NCBI GenBank assembly: GCA_037481775.1
Contig: JBBFKZ010000001.1
Coordinates: 160,001 to 224,000 of the forward strand
Source: Candidatus Bathyarchaeia archaeon
GTDB taxonomy: Archaea > Thermoproteota > Bathyarchaeia > Bathyarchaeales > Bathycorpusculaceae
Direction of reading: 5' to 3'
Length of the DNA: 64,000 nucleotides
The notes under the pieces were generated by a model that was given only the letters and a program-made list of their open reading frames with translations, had not been told where the DNA came from and searched no databases. Positions 46,492 to 56,603 of the stretch are shown here, piece by piece. Position 1 is the first letter of the stretch, and each line of letters begins with the position of its first letter. The translations under genes and the position numbers were made by a program.

Positions 46492-47747
46492 TGCAGCGAC
46501 GCTTAAGTCACGAACCCTCAAGTTTAGAAGAACTTAAAAAACTCGCGGAAGCAGCTGGCTACACTGTCGTCGCAGAAATAGAGCAACTGCGCGAGCCTGA
46601 CGCCCGTTACCAGATAGGCGCCGGAAAAGTGGAAGAACTCGCGCGTCTCGTCAAGGAAACCGCTGCCGAAAAAATAATTTTTGACAATACGCTTAGAACA
46701 GTCCAAGCTTACAATTTAGCGAAAGCCACCGGCGTCGAAGCCATCGATCGTTTCAAGCTTATTCTTGAAATCTTCACGAAAAGAGCCACGACTACTGAAG
46801 CAAAACTGCAGATTCAGCTGGCGACGCTGCAGTATGAGCTTGCGCATGCTAAGGAGCGGGTAAGACTAGCTAAGCTGAAAGAGCAGCCGGGATTCATGGG
46901 GCTCGGCGCCTATGAAGCAGACGTTTACTACGAAGCCGTAAAAAGGCAGGTGCACACTATCCAGCGTAAACTCCGTAAAATACGAGAGAAACGGTTTCTG
47001 CACCGAGAAAGAAGAACCGAATTAGGTTTTTCCACAATTTCCTTAGCTGGATACACAAACGCCGGAAAAAGCTCATTATTCAACGCTTTAACAGAAGAAA
47101 CAACCCATGTAGGAAACGCACTGTTCACGACGCTCTCAACAACAACACGGCTTGTCGAGGTTTCAAAGAGAAAGTTCTTGTTAACCGACACCGTCGGCTT
47201 CATAGATCGCTTGCCCTTGACATTAATAGAAGCTTTCCATTCAACCCTTGAAGAAACCATTTACTCCGACCTCATAATACTGGTGCTGGACTTAAGCGAA
47301 CCAATAGAAACAATCGAAAAGAAAAACAACATCTGCCTAGAAACAATCGATCACATCGGCGCAACAGGCATACCCATCATCACAGCGCTAAACAAAATCG
47401 ACCTGTTAACTGAGGCTGAAGCTAAACAGAAATTCGACGCGCTAAAGGACAAAACGAAGAACCCAATTCTTGTGTCGGCACTACATCGGATAAATCTCGA
47501 CCAGGTAAAGAAGGCGATACTGGAAAAACTGGAAGATTATGTGCAAGCATCTCTTTCTGTGCCGTTAACGCCTCAAACCATGCCCATAGTTTCTTGGGTT
47601 CACGAAAAAGCAGACGTAAAAAAAGCAAACTTCATGAATGATTCTGTAGAATTAATTTTTGAGGCAAAGCCTCTATTCGCTGAAAAAGTAAAAAAACGCG
47701 TGGAAGCTCTCAATGGAAAATTCGAGCAATTCTACAAATCCCAATAG
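46476..47747 (+). CDS. hflX: GTPase HflX
   Basis: IGAGKVEEL, IDRFKLILEIF, GYTNAGKSS, FTTL, DTVGF, NKID. Start is GTG 46491 or ACG 46476. Confidence 0.95.
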   Translation, partial: TKAIIVQRRLSHEPSSLEELKKLAEAAGYTVVAEIEQLREPDARYQIGAGKVEELARLVKETAAEKIIFDNTLRTVQAYNLAKATGVEAIDRFKLILEIFTKRATTTEAKLQIQLATLQYELAHAKERVRLAKLKEQPGFMGLGAYEADVYYEAVKRQVHTIQRKLRKIREKRFLHRERRTELGFSTISLAGYTNAGKSSLFNALTEETTHVGNALFTTLSTTTRLVEVSKRKFLLTDTVGFIDRLPLTLIEAFHSTLEETIYSDLIILVLDLSEPIETIEKKNNICLETIDHIGATGIPIITALNKIDLLTEAEAKQKFDALKDKTKNPILVSALHRINLDQVKKAILEKLEDYVQASLSVPLTPQTMPIVSWVHEKADVKKANFMNDSVELIFEAKPLFAEKVKKRVEALNGKFEQFYKSQ

Positions 47748-48306
47748 CACCGAAAAGCAATCGCAGGAAATCGTTGTATTAAGATGGGGCCATAGACCAC
47801 AGAGAGATGCACGCCTTACAACGCATGTAGCACTAACCGCACGGGCGCTGGGCGCTTCCGGGCTTCTGCTCTCCGACACGACGGACGAAAAAATAAAGGC
47901 AACCGTAGAAAAGATCACACGAAACTGGGGTGGAAGCTTCTTTTTTGAAATGGGCATACCCTGGAAAAAGGCGGTAAGCGCTTGGAAAGCTAAAGGCGGC
48001 ATAGTTGTTCACTTAACAGTTTACGGAGAAAACATACAAACAAGCGATGTTCTTAAAAGAATTCGAAAATCGGGTAAGCCCATCATGGTGCTTGTTGGAA
48101 GCCAAAAGGTTCCCAGAGAATTTTATTCAAAAGACGTTTCTGACTTCAACATTGCCATCGGAAATCAACCGCACTCAGAATGTGCAGCGCTTGCAGTTTT
48201 CCTAGATCGCTTTTTTGAAGGAAAAGAACTAGCCAGAGACCTTGCAGAAGCAAGAATAACTGTGGTGCCTCAAAAAAGAGGTAAAAAAACAATAGTTAAA
48301 CGTTGA
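47713..48306 (+). CDS. trm56: tRNA (cytidine(56)-2'-O)-methyltransferase
   Basis: LRWGHRPQRDARLTTHVALTARALGA, HLTVYG, VGSQKVP, NQPHSE. Confidence 0.95.
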   Translation: MENSSNSTNPNSTEKQSQEIVVLRWGHRPQRDARLTTHVALTARALGASGLLLSDTTDEKIKATVEKITRNWGGSFFFEMGIPWKKAVSAWKAKGGIVVHLTVYGENIQTSDVLKRIRKSGKPIMVLVGSQKVPREFYSKDVSDFNIAIGNQPHSECAALAVFLDRFFEGKELARDLAEARITVVPQKRGKKTIVKR

Positions 48307-48373
48307 TTATTGCTTGAAACGTGAATAAGAGTTTTATTGTAGCATCGTACTAATTATAGTAGGAAAACGGCCT

Positions 48374-48886
48374 ATGTTATCAACTGTTGATGATGCAATG
48401 TTAATAAAAGTTGCAACGGCGCTGGGCGATGAAGACGCCGTGAAACTAATTGAGCATCTAAAAAGTGTAGACGAGATTACAGATGATGAAATCGCTAACA
48501 AAACAGGCATCCGACTAAACATAGTGCGCAAAATTCTCTACAAGCTTTATGACCACTCGCTCGTAAGTTTAAGAAGAACTCGAGATCCCAAAACAGGCTG
48601 GTTCATCTTCCACTGGAAACTACAGCCAGACCAGCTTGAAGGCTTCATTTTAAGCCAAAAACGCCGCGTTCTGGAGAAGCTGAGCATTAGGCTGGAATAT
48701 GAGAAAAACCATGACTTTTATTATTGTAACACCGAAGGCTGCAAACGAATCCCATTCGAGGAAGCCGTGGAACTAGTTTTTCACTGCCCAACCTGCGGCA
48801 AACCATTAGTGCATTATGCAAATGAAAAACTTGTGCAAAATTTGTCAGAGAAAGTTGAGCTGTTGAGGAAGGAACTGGGTGAGTGA
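48374..48886 (+). CDS. tfe: Transcription factor E (TFIIE alpha)
   Basis: TDDEIA...VRKILYKL wHTH, TGWFIFHW, zinc ribbon C...C and FHCPTCG. Confidence 0.95.
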   Translation: MLSTVDDAMLIKVATALGDEDAVKLIEHLKSVDEITDDEIANKTGIRLNIVRKILYKLYDHSLVSLRRTRDPKTGWFIFHWKLQPDQLEGFILSQKRRVLEKLSIRLEYEKNHDFYYCNTEGCKRIPFEEAVELVFHCPTCGKPLVHYANEKLVQNLSEKVELLRKELGE

Positions 48887-49409
48887 AAAGCTTCCAACAA
48901 GGGAGCAAGCCCTACGGATTCTCCAAGAATATAAATGCTCCCCCGAAGTTATAGAACATTGCAAAGCAGTTTCCAAGCTTGCACTGGAAACAGCACATGC
49001 ACTCAAAAGAAAAGGCTTCAACATTGACATGACACTGGTGGAAATAGGAGCTCTACTCCACGATATAGGCCGCTCTGTAACCCACACCGTTCATCACGCA
49101 GTCATCGGCGCTGACTTAGCGGAAAAAGCAAACCTCCCTAACTCAGTAATTTCTATAATTAAACGGCATGTCGGCGGAGGAATAACCGCGGACGAAGCAG
49201 AAGCCTTAGACTGGCCAAGAGATGTTTATGTGCCAGTTACCCTCGAGGAAAAGATAGTTGCATACGCTGACAAGCTAATTGAACGCGCTGATGTTGCGCC
49301 CATAGAAGTAACCATCGAGAAACTTCGCCGAGAAGGGAAGCATGAAGCGGCTGAGAGGGTTCGCAAACTTTACGATGAAATAACAAGCCTCATGGGCGGC
49401 GATCCATGA
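48879..49409 (+). CDS. HD-domain protein (TIGR00295-like)
   Basis: VIEHC, GALLHDIGR, RHVGGG, EEKIVAYADK; conserved position after tfe. Confidence 0.88.
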   Translation: MSEKLPTREQALRILQEYKCSPEVIEHCKAVSKLALETAHALKRKGFNIDMTLVEIGALLHDIGRSVTHTVHHAVIGADLAEKANLPNSVISIIKRHVGGGITADEAEALDWPRDVYVPVTLEEKIVAYADKLIERADVAPIEVTIEKLRREGKHEAAERVRKLYDEITSLMGGDP

Positions 49410-50191
49410 CAGCGCTGACGCTGCTGACAAAGGCCTACGGAACCAGCCAGCTACAACAAATCGATGAAGCCCTCAAACTGACGTTTCAAGGTTTAGCTGT
49501 AGAAACAAAAATTTTAGGCACAATAGCTGACGGCTGGGTACATATAGAGCTTACAGGCGAAGACGAGAAAATAGCAACAAACTACCTAATCAAGGAAATA
49601 GGCGTCTGCCCACGCACCCTCAGAAACCTTAAAAAATCTTCCACCTTGAAAGGATACCTATCAAACTTGACTGGCCAAAAGCTATTGGTGGACATAGGCG
49701 TTTTCGAGCCAAAAATCATTCCCGCAGTCATATTCATGCAGCGTTTGCAAGCGCAGCTTATGGCTGGAACCCTAGTTCCTCACGGAAAGCTTGCCGAACT
49801 CTTTGGTTTCTGCAAAGGCTTACCCTTGAATGTAAAGATAACTAGGTTAAGCGAAGCGGAAAGTTACATAGAAGCCGACTTGTCAAGTAAACAAATTGCC
49901 AATTATACGCTCTGGCGAGAATCACTGCTTGACAGACTAATTGTGCTAGGCGTATCTTTCAACGAGGTAAATAAGGCACTGGTGCATGCAAAATTGTACA
50001 GAGATGTTATCGATGTAGAATCTTTAGGGCTGCTTGAACATGCACTAACATGCAAGCTTGGAACCGACGCAGCAGGATTAATCCCAAAAATCGGCAGGAT
50101 TCTGAAAGGAGCAACTTTTGCTGTTTTTGACGCAAAAAAGAATTATGAACTTGAATTTAAAAAGCAAGATTTCCATTCATCCGTTAATTAA
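49406..50191 (+). CDS. DUF2110 family protein
   Basis: GEDEKIATNYL, VDIG, SLGLLEHAL.CKLGTDAAGLI. Confidence 0.8.
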   Translation: MTALTLLTKAYGTSQLQQIDEALKLTFQGLAVETKILGTIADGWVHIELTGEDEKIATNYLIKEIGVCPRTLRNLKKSSTLKGYLSNLTGQKLLVDIGVFEPKIIPAVIFMQRLQAQLMAGTLVPHGKLAELFGFCKGLPLNVKITRLSEAESYIEADLSSKQIANYTLWRESLLDRLIVLGVSFNEVNKALVHAKLYRDVIDVESLGLLEHALTCKLGTDAAGLIPKIGRILKGATFAVFDAKKNYELEFKKQDFHSSVN

Positions 50192-50233
50192 AGGCTTGCT
50201 GCTTTAGCATGTTCTCCAGCGACCGCCGCCTTT

Positions 50234-50869
50234 ATGAACCAGTTAACTGCTGATAATAGTCGAGTGTGCCTAAAGTACATGACTAATGGTGCCGTCTTTC
50301 CTAAAATCAAAGTAGTCGCGCTTGACTTTGACGGCGTAATCACAAACCTGAATGTTGATTGGGATGCCGCGCTTCATTTGGCATCCACTGCAGCTGGCTA
50401 CAACATTGAAAACCTTATTCCTTTTTACGAAGCCACCTATGGAACACCAGTTTTTCAAAAAGCCAGCAAGTTAATCGAACAGCTTGAATTGGAAGCACTA
50501 AAAGACGCTGAGCTTGCACCTTACACAGTCGAGTTTCTGGAAAAGCTTGCCGAACTAAAGGTTGCCATTTACATAGTTTCAATGCAAAGCATGCACGTAG
50601 TAAAACAGTTTCTCAACAAACACGGCCTCTCAGCTTACATTAGCGATGTAGTAACTCGCGATAAATGTCCAAGCAAAAAAGCCCAAGTTCTCTATGTGCT
50701 GGAAAAATCCCGTGTTCGCCCTGAACAAGTTCTGTTGGTCGATGACTCCGCTGGCAACATCACCAATTGCAAAGTACTAGGAATAAGTTGCTTCCACTTT
50801 GAGAAACAACAAAACCCGCAAAAAACAAAGGAAATGTGGGATGCAATACTGAAACGCGTAAGAGGCTAA
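50234..50869 (+). CDS. HAD superfamily hydrolase
   Basis: ALDFDGVI motif I, IVS motif II, K and LVDDS motif IV. Confidence 0.85.
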   Translation: MNQLTADNSRVCLKYMTNGAVFPKIKVVALDFDGVITNLNVDWDAALHLASTAAGYNIENLIPFYEATYGTPVFQKASKLIEQLELEALKDAELAPYTVEFLEKLAELKVAIYIVSMQSMHVVKQFLNKHGLSAYISDVVTRDKCPSKKAQVLYVLEKSRVRPEQVLLVDDSAGNITNCKVLGISCFHFEKQQNPQKTKEMWDAILKRVRG

Positions 50870-50931
50870 CAGCCTCCAACCCTTAAACAAGAGAGTAGCA
50901 TTTAGTGGTGTATTCTTCAAAACAGCGAAAG

Positions 50932-51006
50932 TGGGCCGGGCCGGAGTTGAACCGGCGACCTCAGCCTCGTAAGGGCTGTGTCCTAACCAAACTAGACGAC
51001 CGGCCC
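50932..51006 (-). tRNA. tRNA-Val(TAC), no intron, CCA not encoded
   Basis: Minus strand GGGCCGG...CCGGCCC-A; anticodon arm CAGCC-CTTACGA-GGCTG; T-arm GCCGG-TTCAACT-CCGGC. Confidence 0.96.
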
Positions 51007-51120
51007 TCTTTTCTTTTCCCAATCTTAATAGGATTGCTTAAATAAGTTTTGAGCGTGGCAAATAAATATTTTATAATGCCTTATGGCTTTAGTAGTAGAA
51101 CCAAGCCACGTAAAGGTGAT

Positions 51121-52200
51121 ATGTTGAAAAGAGTTGTCGTTACCGGCGCCGGCGGACCTGCAGGAATAAATTTTATTATGTCGCTTCGCGTTGCACCGGA
51201 AAAAATCTTCATTTTAGGCACAGAAGCCAATGAGTACTTCGTTCACTTGTCGCCTGCCGATAAGAAATATCTAGTTCCAAAGGCCAAAGACTCTGCATAC
51301 ATTGACAAGTTGAACGAGATCCTGCGAAAAGAGAAAGCCGACTTCTTGCATGCTCAACCGGATGTTGAAGTGGAGGTTGTTTCGGAAAATCGTGAAAAAC
51401 TAGAGGCAAACACGTTTTTGCCTTCGAAAGAAGCCGTCAAAACATGCCAAGACAAACTTAAATCCGCTGAAATCTGGATGAAAAAAGATGTGCCAGTAGC
51501 AAAAACCGTGGAGATACAGACAGAGCACGATGTTGAGCGGGCGTTTGAAGAGCTTGGAACCCCCTTGTGGATTAGAGCCCGCCATGGCGCCGGCGGCATA
51601 GGAAGCACCCCCGCGTACAATAGAGAAACAGCTCTTGCGTGGATAAAATATTGGAGAGCGCGAAACGCCAGTTGGGGTTTCATTGCACAGGAGACTCTTC
51701 CAGGAAGAAATGTGGCTTTTCACAGCATTTGGAAAGATGGCGAACTTGTGACGTCCATGGCAAGAGAACGAATTGAATACATATACCCGCATCTTGCTCC
51801 TTCAGGCATAACAGGCACGCCTGCTGTTCAAAGAACCATACATGACGAGAAAGTGAACAAGATTGCTACGGATGCGGTGCTTGCCATAGACCCGAATTTT
51901 AACGGATTAGCCTGTGTGGACCTGAAAGAAAACAGGGATGGCACTCCATGCGCCACTGAAATCAATGCTGCCCGAATGTTCACAACATCCTTCTTCTTTT
52001 CCTTCGCCAGCAAAATTCTAAGAAAAGACCATTACGCCAACATTCCCTACCTCTACCTTAAACTTGCATGTAACGAGAGCATACCTGAAATTCCCAAGTA
52101 CAATATACTGCCAGAAGGCGTTTACTGGATTAGGCACATAGATGCACCAGCCAAGCTTGTGCAAAATGGCTACGTTATTGGAGAAATGTACCGCTGGTGA
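51121..52200 (+). CDS. ATP-grasp domain protein (glycan-locus carboxylate-amine ligase-like)
   Basis: VVVTGAGGPAG, CQDKL, PLWIRARHGAGG, QETLPG, VDLK, TEINA. Probable ATG at 51121. Confidence 0.85.
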   Translation: MLKRVVVTGAGGPAGINFIMSLRVAPEKIFILGTEANEYFVHLSPADKKYLVPKAKDSAYIDKLNEILRKEKADFLHAQPDVEVEVVSENREKLEANTFLPSKEAVKTCQDKLKSAEIWMKKDVPVAKTVEIQTEHDVERAFEELGTPLWIRARHGAGGIGSTPAYNRETALAWIKYWRARNASWGFIAQETLPGRNVAFHSIWKDGELVTSMARERIEYIYPHLAPSGITGTPAVQRTIHDEKVNKIATDAVLAIDPNFNGLACVDLKENRDGTPCATEINAARMFTTSFFFSFASKILRKDHYANIPYLYLKLACNESIPEIPKYNILPEGVYWIRHIDAPAKLVQNGYVIGEMYRW

Positions 52201-52206
52201 ATATCG

Positions 52207-53193
52207 ATGAAAGTATGGTATGACGCGTGCACAGGCAAACACATGCGCTACGGCTCTGCGATAGCAAAAACACTCAGAAACCGCGGACACGAGGTAATAT
52301 TAACTACGCGGCAACATCCTGACACTCTACAAGTCGCAAACTTCCTAAACGAAAAACCCATTGTTATAGGAAAATATAACCCAAAATCTTTAGCTTCTAG
52401 ACTTAAGGCTGGGCTTCAACGCCAGCTTTCATTCTGCAAATTATTCGGAAAAAATCCGCCTGACTTTGCTGTTTCGCATAGCTCTGTTGACCAAATAAGA
52501 GTGGCTTTCGGCTTAGGCATTCCAGTAATCGCTACCATCGACACAGTGTACGCTGAAGCGGTGAACAGGCTTACTCTTCCACTCGCAGACTATATTGTGG
52601 CTTCTAAGGCTATTCCCGAAGAAGTTCTAAAAACCTACAGCGTTAAAGGCGAGATTATTGGTTTTAACGGCGTGGACGAAGTAGCTTGGATTAAGGATTT
52701 CACTCCTACAGTAGAACATGCCTTCAAGAACCCATTGATTGTCGTGCGGGAAGTCGAGGAAAAAGCCGCTTACACCGCGAAAAAATTTTCCTTAATGCCC
52801 ATAGCGAAAAAGCTAACTCGCCTCGGAAATGTTGTTTATCTTTCGAGATACCACCGAAAAGAGATTAAAGACCTAATAGTTCCGAAAGGGTTTGTTGATT
52901 CTGCAAGTTTAGCCGCTCAAGCAGACTTATTCGTCGGAGTCGGCGGAACCATTACCAGAGAAGCAGCATTGCAGGGGACACCAGCAATAATTATTGACTT
53001 TTACCAGAAGCAACACGTAAATGATTATCTGATGGAGAAAGGTTTCCCGATTTTTAAGGCAACGCCCGCAGAAGCCTATCGCTTAGCTGAAACGCTTATA
53101 GGTAAAAAATGGAATGTCCACAGTAAGCTTCATGAACTCGAAAGCCCAGCAGATACAATTGAGCAGATAATCAGCCGAAAATTTAAGGGATAA
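52207..53193 (+). CDS. DUF354 family protein (GT-B fold)
   Basis: MKVWYDACTGKH, HEVILTTR, VAFGLGIP, GGTITREAALQGTP. Confidence 0.85.
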   Translation: MKVWYDACTGKHMRYGSAIAKTLRNRGHEVILTTRQHPDTLQVANFLNEKPIVIGKYNPKSLASRLKAGLQRQLSFCKLFGKNPPDFAVSHSSVDQIRVAFGLGIPVIATIDTVYAEAVNRLTLPLADYIVASKAIPEEVLKTYSVKGEIIGFNGVDEVAWIKDFTPTVEHAFKNPLIVVREVEEKAAYTAKKFSLMPIAKKLTRLGNVVYLSRYHRKEIKDLIVPKGFVDSASLAAQADLFVGVGGTITREAALQGTPAIIIDFYQKQHVNDYLMEKGFPIFKATPAEAYRLAETLIGKKWNVHSKLHELESPADTIEQIISRKFKG

Positions 53194-53196
53194 ACT

Positions 53197-54216
53197 ATGC
53201 AGATTGAAGGAACGAATGTCTTGATCACTGGTGGCGCCGGATTCATAGGTTCGCATTTAGTAGATGAATACCTTAAAAATGGTGCAAACAAAGTTGTAGT
53301 TTACGACGACTTCTCAACTGGAACAACAAAAAATCTCGAGCACATAAATGACAGTAGGCTAATAGTTACCAACGGTTCTATTCTCGACAAAAATCGCCTT
53401 TACAATATTTTAAGAGACGCTAAAATCAATATTATAGACCATCAGGCGGCAGAGCTTGAGGTGTACCGCGGAATAACAGATTCAGAAGCAGACGCATACA
53501 CAAACATTCTAGGAACACTAAACGTATTAAATGCTGCATTAAAAAACAAAGTGGAAAAAGTATTATTCGCTTCTTCAGGCGCAGTTTACGGTGAAGCAAA
53601 ATCACTTCCAATTGATGAGGATCATCCTTTAGAACCACATTGGCCTTATGGCGTTAGCAAACTTTCCGCTGAAAAATATGTGCTGCAGTACCATAAGCTC
53701 TTCGGCTTAAACACAACTGCCTTCAGATATGGAATTGTCTATGGCCCAAGAGAATGGTTTGGCCGTGTCTTGACGATGTTCATCAAAAGGATATTTCTGG
53801 AAAACAAGTCGCCGGTCGTATTCGGCGATGGTGCTCAAACACGGGATTACGTCTATGTGGGCGATGTAGTGAGAGCCCACATATTAGCGATTAAAAACTT
53901 TAGCGCTGACGGGCAAGTGTTTAACATAAGCAGCGGGCGGGGAATTTCTATAGGTAATTTAGCAAAACTACTCGTTGAAATGTCAGGCAAAAATTTGGAA
54001 ATTATATATGATAACCCCGAAGAGGGAACAGCTTCAAGCTTTCAGCCAGAACGCATCAGACTCAGTGGCGAATTAAAAAACTTTATCCTAGACCATCGCA
54101 AGGCTCAAAAAGTTTTGGGTTGGGCTCCAATTACCGAGTTGAAAGATGGCTTAATCAAGGAGATAGATTGGATTTTGAAAAATTCAGAAAGATGGAAAAC
54201 AAAACCCCGAGTTTGA
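53197..54216 (+). CDS. NAD-dependent epimerase/dehydratase (extended SDR)
   Basis: ITGGAGFIGSH, FASSGAVYG, YGVSK, VYGP, FGDGAQTRDYVYVGD. Confidence 0.93.
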   Translation: MQIEGTNVLITGGAGFIGSHLVDEYLKNGANKVVVYDDFSTGTTKNLEHINDSRLIVTNGSILDKNRLYNILRDAKINIIDHQAAELEVYRGITDSEADAYTNILGTLNVLNAALKNKVEKVLFASSGAVYGEAKSLPIDEDHPLEPHWPYGVSKLSAEKYVLQYHKLFGLNTTAFRYGIVYGPREWFGRVLTMFIKRIFLENKSPVVFGDGAQTRDYVYVGDVVRAHILAIKNFSADGQVFNISSGRGISIGNLAKLLVEMSGKNLEIIYDNPEEGTASSFQPERIRLSGELKNFILDHRKAQKVLGWAPITELKDGLIKEIDWILKNSERWKTKPRV

Positions 54217-54327
54217 GCAAAACGCATTCCAGCTTTAGGCTAAAAAATCTGCGTGCTTTTTCTGTCAAGAGTTTTTAAACTTAAAATAACACTATCGCAA
54301 TTATGTGTTTTTCTGAGGGCTAAACAA

Positions 54328-55203
54328 TTGGAAGAACAAAAAGTGCTAGTCGTAGGTTTGGGCGAGATTGGTCGCCCGCTATTTGAATTGTTAAAAGAAA
54401 GTGGCCGCTTTCAAGTTTACGGTTTTGATGTTGACGAGGAAAAAATGTTGGAACTTGCGCAAAATGTAGAAGTGTTTCCTAATAAAGTGGACGTTATGCA
54501 TATTTGCATTCCATATCAGTCGAAAGAAACCTTCATAGATGCTGTAGTTGATTATGCTAATAAATATCAGCCAAAGTTACTAATTATTAATAGCACGGTT
54601 CCGCCGAGAACAACCGTTGAAATCTCTGAAAGATGCAAATGTTTAGTTTCGCATTCGCCTATTTTTGGTACACATAAAAATCTAGAGTACATGAAATGGG
54701 AAATAAGGCGCTGGACGAAGTTGGTCGGCGCCGTTGATGCTGCAGCAAGCGAAGCTACATGCAAGCACTTCGCAAAAGCAAGGATTAAATGCAAAATTCT
54801 AAAAAGCCCGATAGAGACAGAGTTAGCTAAACTTTTCGAAACTATATACTCCGCTTGGATGATCATCTTTTTCCAAGAGATGCATCGTATCTCAAAACAT
54901 TTCGGAGCTGACGTCGACGCTATAGCCGGCGTTATTGAACAGATACACCGCGTAAGATTGGATAGGCCAGTATGGTATCCAGGCGTTATCGGTGGCCACT
55001 GCTTGATTCCTAATACTGAATTACTTCTTAAAAGCTATGATTCGGAATTTTTACGGTTGATTTTGAAGTCTAATGCGAGAAGGAAAGAAGAGATTAAGGA
55101 CGGAGAGATTTACAGGGAGGTGGAGAAGGTTAAAATGAGGTGTGAAGCTCTCCAAAGAGATTTGATGAAGCTTTTGGAAAACAAAGAAAATAGTAGAGTC
55201 TAA
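54328..55203 (+). CDS. Short nucleotide-sugar dehydrogenase (GDP-mannose/UDP-ManNAc DH family, no C-terminal domain)
   Basis: VGLGEIG, NSTVPPRTT, ETELAKLFET, PGVIGGHCL. Probable TTG at 54328. Confidence 0.85.
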   Translation: MEEQKVLVVGLGEIGRPLFELLKESGRFQVYGFDVDEEKMLELAQNVEVFPNKVDVMHICIPYQSKETFIDAVVDYANKYQPKLLIINSTVPPRTTVEISERCKCLVSHSPIFGTHKNLEYMKWEIRRWTKLVGAVDAAASEATCKHFAKARIKCKILKSPIETELAKLFETIYSAWMIIFFQEMHRISKHFGADVDAIAGVIEQIHRVRLDRPVWYPGVIGGHCLIPNTELLLKSYDSEFLRLILKSNARRKEEIKDGEIYREVEKVKMRCEALQRDLMKLLENKENSRV

Positions 55204-55384
55204 TCTAAACTGCAAAGCCCTAACCTCGTTAACACGAACCTATCCTTTGCACATGAAGGGGTTTGAAGAATAGACTGCGCCGCAGTAGTAAATGTTAAAG
55301 TCTAATCCTTGTACCATTTCCGTCGCTAAATACAAGTGCTTTTCTTTTGTCGCCTCATGTTACAGGGTAACTGCTACTTTCTGT

Positions 55385-55642
55385 ATTTTTGAATTTTGGG
55401 TTTTTGCGGTTTATGAGTTCTTGATGGTTTTTGTTCTCTCTTATGTTGTATATGTCTGTGTTTCAGGTTATTAGGGCATCGCATTGGTTTACGGTTGTTG
55501 ATAGAATTAAGCAGTCTATGAAGTCGGTGATATGTTCTGATTATTTTTAGGGCTGTCAGTAGGGATTGTGCTCTTGTGGATTTCTATGGTTTTTCATTAT
55601 TTCTTTAAATGCCACGGCACGGATACTTTTTACTACTCTTTC
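55385..55642 (-). pseudogene. Decayed PIN-domain (VapC-like) gene fragment
   Basis: Manual translation across frameshifts: ERVVKSIRAVAFKE / LLTALKII / ITDFIDCLILSTTVNQCDALIT*NTDI...NPKFK, with in-frame TGA at 55463..55465. Confidence 0.6.
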
Positions 55643-55650
55643 CAGTTATT

Positions 55651-55665
55651 TAATTAGACATAAAA
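55651..55665. repeat. 15-bp direct repeat, left copy
   Basis: TAATTAGACATAAAA, identical to 59261..59275. Confidence 0.7.
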
Positions 55666-55780
55666 TAAAAAGGCAGAATTCCTGCATTACTAATTGTAAA
55701 TGTAAATTTGCAAAGTTTATAACTATTATACCCATCACCTTAACAGTTTCATAAGTGTAAATAATGCTGGTAAAAATTAG

Positions 55781-56596
55781 TTAAGATTCGGTTCTGTAAA
55801 AGGCTGAAATAAAACCTCTAAAAAACGTCATAGTTCGCATTATTATAAAAGGAATTAATGGTGGGTATCTATATCTTATCGACAGTTTAATCGCAAAAAA
55901 TGGGGAATAAAGCAAGGATTTTGCCACCTGACTTAATGTTCTTGTATTACTCATTGCAACCCTTTTCCCGCCGTAATACCACTTTCTTTTTAAAGATTTA
56001 AGATCTATGGCAAACACGTGTTTCGCCGTCAAAGGTACTGTCACGACTTTGAAACATAGTTCTCTCACATCTTTGCTGAATAGTACATCTTCATCGGAAA
56101 ACAAAGCATCTTTGAACATTATTTCATCGAACACTTCTCGCCTAACCAGCATGCAACCACAACTAAGCCACCATTTACTTGGATGACTTTCATTATATTT
56201 CCAATATAATTCTTAACACTTACCCCAAACACTGCTTATGTAACTTTCAACAAAACTGATGCAAGCAATATCTGCCCCTTTATTCAAAGCATTAACTAAA
56301 GCTTCTATTAATTGCCTAGAAACAATGATGTCTGAGTCCAGCACCAGAATATAAGGTTGCTTTGCTTTTGATATTCCAAAGTTTCTAGCATATCCTACTC
56401 CATGATGTTTTATGTGATAATAGCGAATTTTTGGCGATTTAATGATGTTGACGTTTAAGGTACTTCCATCATCAACCAAGATTATTTCCTTTATCAGATC
56501 ATGCAACAGTAACGGTTGAATACACAAAGGCAAACTAAACTTTACATGAGTGTGTAGCTGAGGATTGGCGTAAAAAGGAATAACAACGCTTATCAT
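55781..56596 (-). pseudogene. GT2 glycosyltransferase interrupted by one in-frame stop
   Basis: MISVVIP, ILVDDGS, ARNFG, VLDSD...WGKC*ELYWKY...GCMLVRR...SDED. Both track ORFs share a frame and are split by TAA at 56213..56215. Confidence 0.85.
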
Positions 56597-56603
56597 TAGA
56601 CTC

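Noticed and set aside
50932-51006. tRNA-Val as attachment site for the glycan island
   Set aside because: Its 3' end points away from the island, no duplicated tRNA fragment was found, and there is no integrase in the window.
55463-55465. In-frame TGA as selenocysteine
   Set aside because: It lies in a frameshifted PIN relic at a non-Cys position, and no SECIS-like element is evident.
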